From contig OZ316891.1 of assembly GCA_973895155.1 (NCBI GenBank), forward strand, positions 8,123,875-8,187,874: DNA of 64,000 nt. The letters run 5' to 3'. Source of the stretch: Marsupella aquatica (lineage: Eukaryota; Plantae; Marchantiophyta). The first letter of the stretch is position 1. Each line of letters starts with the position of its first letter. The translations under genes were made by a program, and so were the position numbers. The notes below the pieces were generated by a model, which was not told the DNA's origin, ran no database searches, and worked only from the letters and a program-made list of their open reading frames with translations. Below are positions 61,912-64,000 of this stretch, in pieces.

Positions 61912-64000
61912 TCATCGACTGACTGTCCACTCGTCGGACGAATTTCGTTAGAGTTACTCAAATAGCATATTCATTGAATACCTGGCGTCCTTCAGCGCGT
62001 GGGTCCTTGCTGGGTGTCATTTGATTCCATCTTCTTTCGACCGAAGAAATCTTCGTTGTTCTCTAGGGTGTCCCTCGATGAACGTTGTACAGTAGAGGGC
62101 ATGCTTGTGAAACATCTGAACAGGGGTGAACCATTGGCCAATCGAGGTTTCAAGTATGTTCATTTCTAGCGCTGGATCCAACGGAGTATGTCGAGGAGAG
62201 ATCTCAACTCCCGCACGAGAATTGTGTCTTTGAGCCGTTAATAGTATCTTTCCAGGGAGTAATTCTCAAATCCCGTCTGTTGGGGGACTATCGTTGTTGA
62301 TTTGGACGATTGGCCCTATATTTGGAGCCTCCCAAGGGATAGCTACAATTTAAAGTAGCTCTGAGCTGATTACATTTAAGAGATGTAGCGGGAGCGGTAG
62401 TTGTGAGCCCGCACCGAATTTAAACATCTGCATACATAGCTCTACTGATTCACCTCGTATTAGGCTGCCTGTGGGTGATATTATCAAGTCGGTTCTCTGA
62501 ATCGCAACAGCAATTTTCATTCGGAGCACTTACTTGTAAATCATACCTGTTATTGGACACTCATTTGATTTGTGCTTCTCAGAGACGCATTCTGCTGTCC
62601 AAGCAATAGTTAAATCCTGTCCCACATCCTCATGGATATTCCACGTCTCATCTACCGCAAGTGTTTTGAATGTCAAGTGTCTTCATTTCGTATTTTTACC
62701 ACTGATAGAGAACATAAGTTCAGTACTATCGAGTCCGGACATACTAACAGAGAACTAATTTTCTTGTGTCACACTGAAATGCCCCGATGCGTAGATCAAA
62801 CATAACGGTATTCCATGTCACGGTTCCATACAGCTGGCCCAAGTCTTAGCTGCAGTTGCGACCAGAATATGCTCGAGTGTCTATCTCACACAGATCCTTG
62901 GCAGTTGTTAGCCGGCACTCCGTAGTTCATGCCAAGCTTTTGAAATTGTCTTTCTGAAATTGCAAGCTCAACTGTTGTTTTCCGACTAAAGGAGATCTCC
63001 ACTGCTGGGTCAAGAAGCTGGGTTATGCAAGGCTTTGGTCTTTGGCCCGTTGAGTGGCGACTTCCGGCTGTTCTTGAGAAATTGATGGGAAGAGAGGTTT
63101 AATAGAGCAAATTCTAGTAGTGGTAACGGTGGCCCAGCTCCGCACTCGAGAAAGACATCATAATTGCCCTTCAATAATCGATGTGATTCAAATGTTTAAT
63201 TGATCCGGTCACCAGGAGGATAGTGGAGGATCACGAGTCCAGCAGGCTCTGGATGATTCACGACGCACTGAAAGAACCAATTTGTTGCTTTCTTTCGGCA
63301 TAGGCTGAGCCACTATTCCCAAGCTTAGCTCAAGATAGCCAAAAAGGCTGGTTGTCAGTCTGGTGCGCCACCAAGCCGACTATGCTCTGCGGCCATCAAG
63401 CCCACTATGCTTATATGCGATAAAACATCTTCTCATAGAATGCACTGTATGAAGTTTTCTTCGTTAGGCGACCACAGAATCTATAATACGGAGCGTGATT
63501 CAAAATAAGAAATCGTTAAAGAAATATAACTATATTAATTAACTAATAGCAAACCAGGGCCCATTTCTCTGTAGAGATCCACGCTTTTGAGTTACAATTG
63601 ACAGTAGGATACAGCTCATAGCCATGATTAGCTACGCCAAAACAATACGCGAGCTGAACCTCAGAAAAGACAAATGTCATAAGGCCATGAAGAGAACACA
63701 ATAGCGCCCTTTTCATCCAGCCTTGCTGGTACCAACACCTATACTACTAAGCGTGACAAAGACTACTATAGCAGGCGGAGTAGCGTTTGTGTGGGCATAA
63801 AGTGTGAATGCAATTTTCTTCACGGGTTGCTTCAGATTCTGCTCTTTGTGAGCAGAGCTCAAGCAGTCAGGCCAGTGTTGACAAGTACCCAAACAAACAT
63901 TTGTAAAAGTTGCAGTGGGAATTGATTCTCTCGGCGACCCTCCTATGCAATTTTCTTTGGAGCTTTATCAGGTATTTACCAGTCAGTAAGGCTTTTTAGT

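Noticed and set aside
62900-64000. Possible terminal exons of a minus-strand gene at the window end
   Set aside because: Splice-like signals are present, but no coherent or recognisable ORF could be assembled.

Overview
Eukaryotic land-plant genomic DNA, most likely a bryophyte such as a liverwort (inferred from gene content, long GC-mixed leaders and intron style; not proven). Bases ~1-13 kb are a nest of degenerate transposons: an L1-like LINE 3' end, Ty1/copia gag, Ty3/gypsy RNaseH-integrase, an unidentified large element and a Helitron-like 3' end. Six host genes follow: an MBD-domain protein (+, 3 coding exons), MINIYO/RPAP1 (+, 10 exons, one GC-AG intron), an intronless F-box/kelch protein (+), a ycf45-like AAA ATPase (-, 10 exons), a 56-aa SMP/LEA-like microprotein (-) and an intronless UDP-glucuronate 4-epimerase (+). 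The most notable item is a decayed CRE-clade non-LTR retrotransposon (RT plus restriction-like endonuclease) with a 12-bp target-site duplication just upstream of the F-box gene; a second 3' remnant of the same family lies at ~23 kb. I found no clear evidence of a wholly new multi-gene system. All exon boundaries and alignments were worked out by hand.
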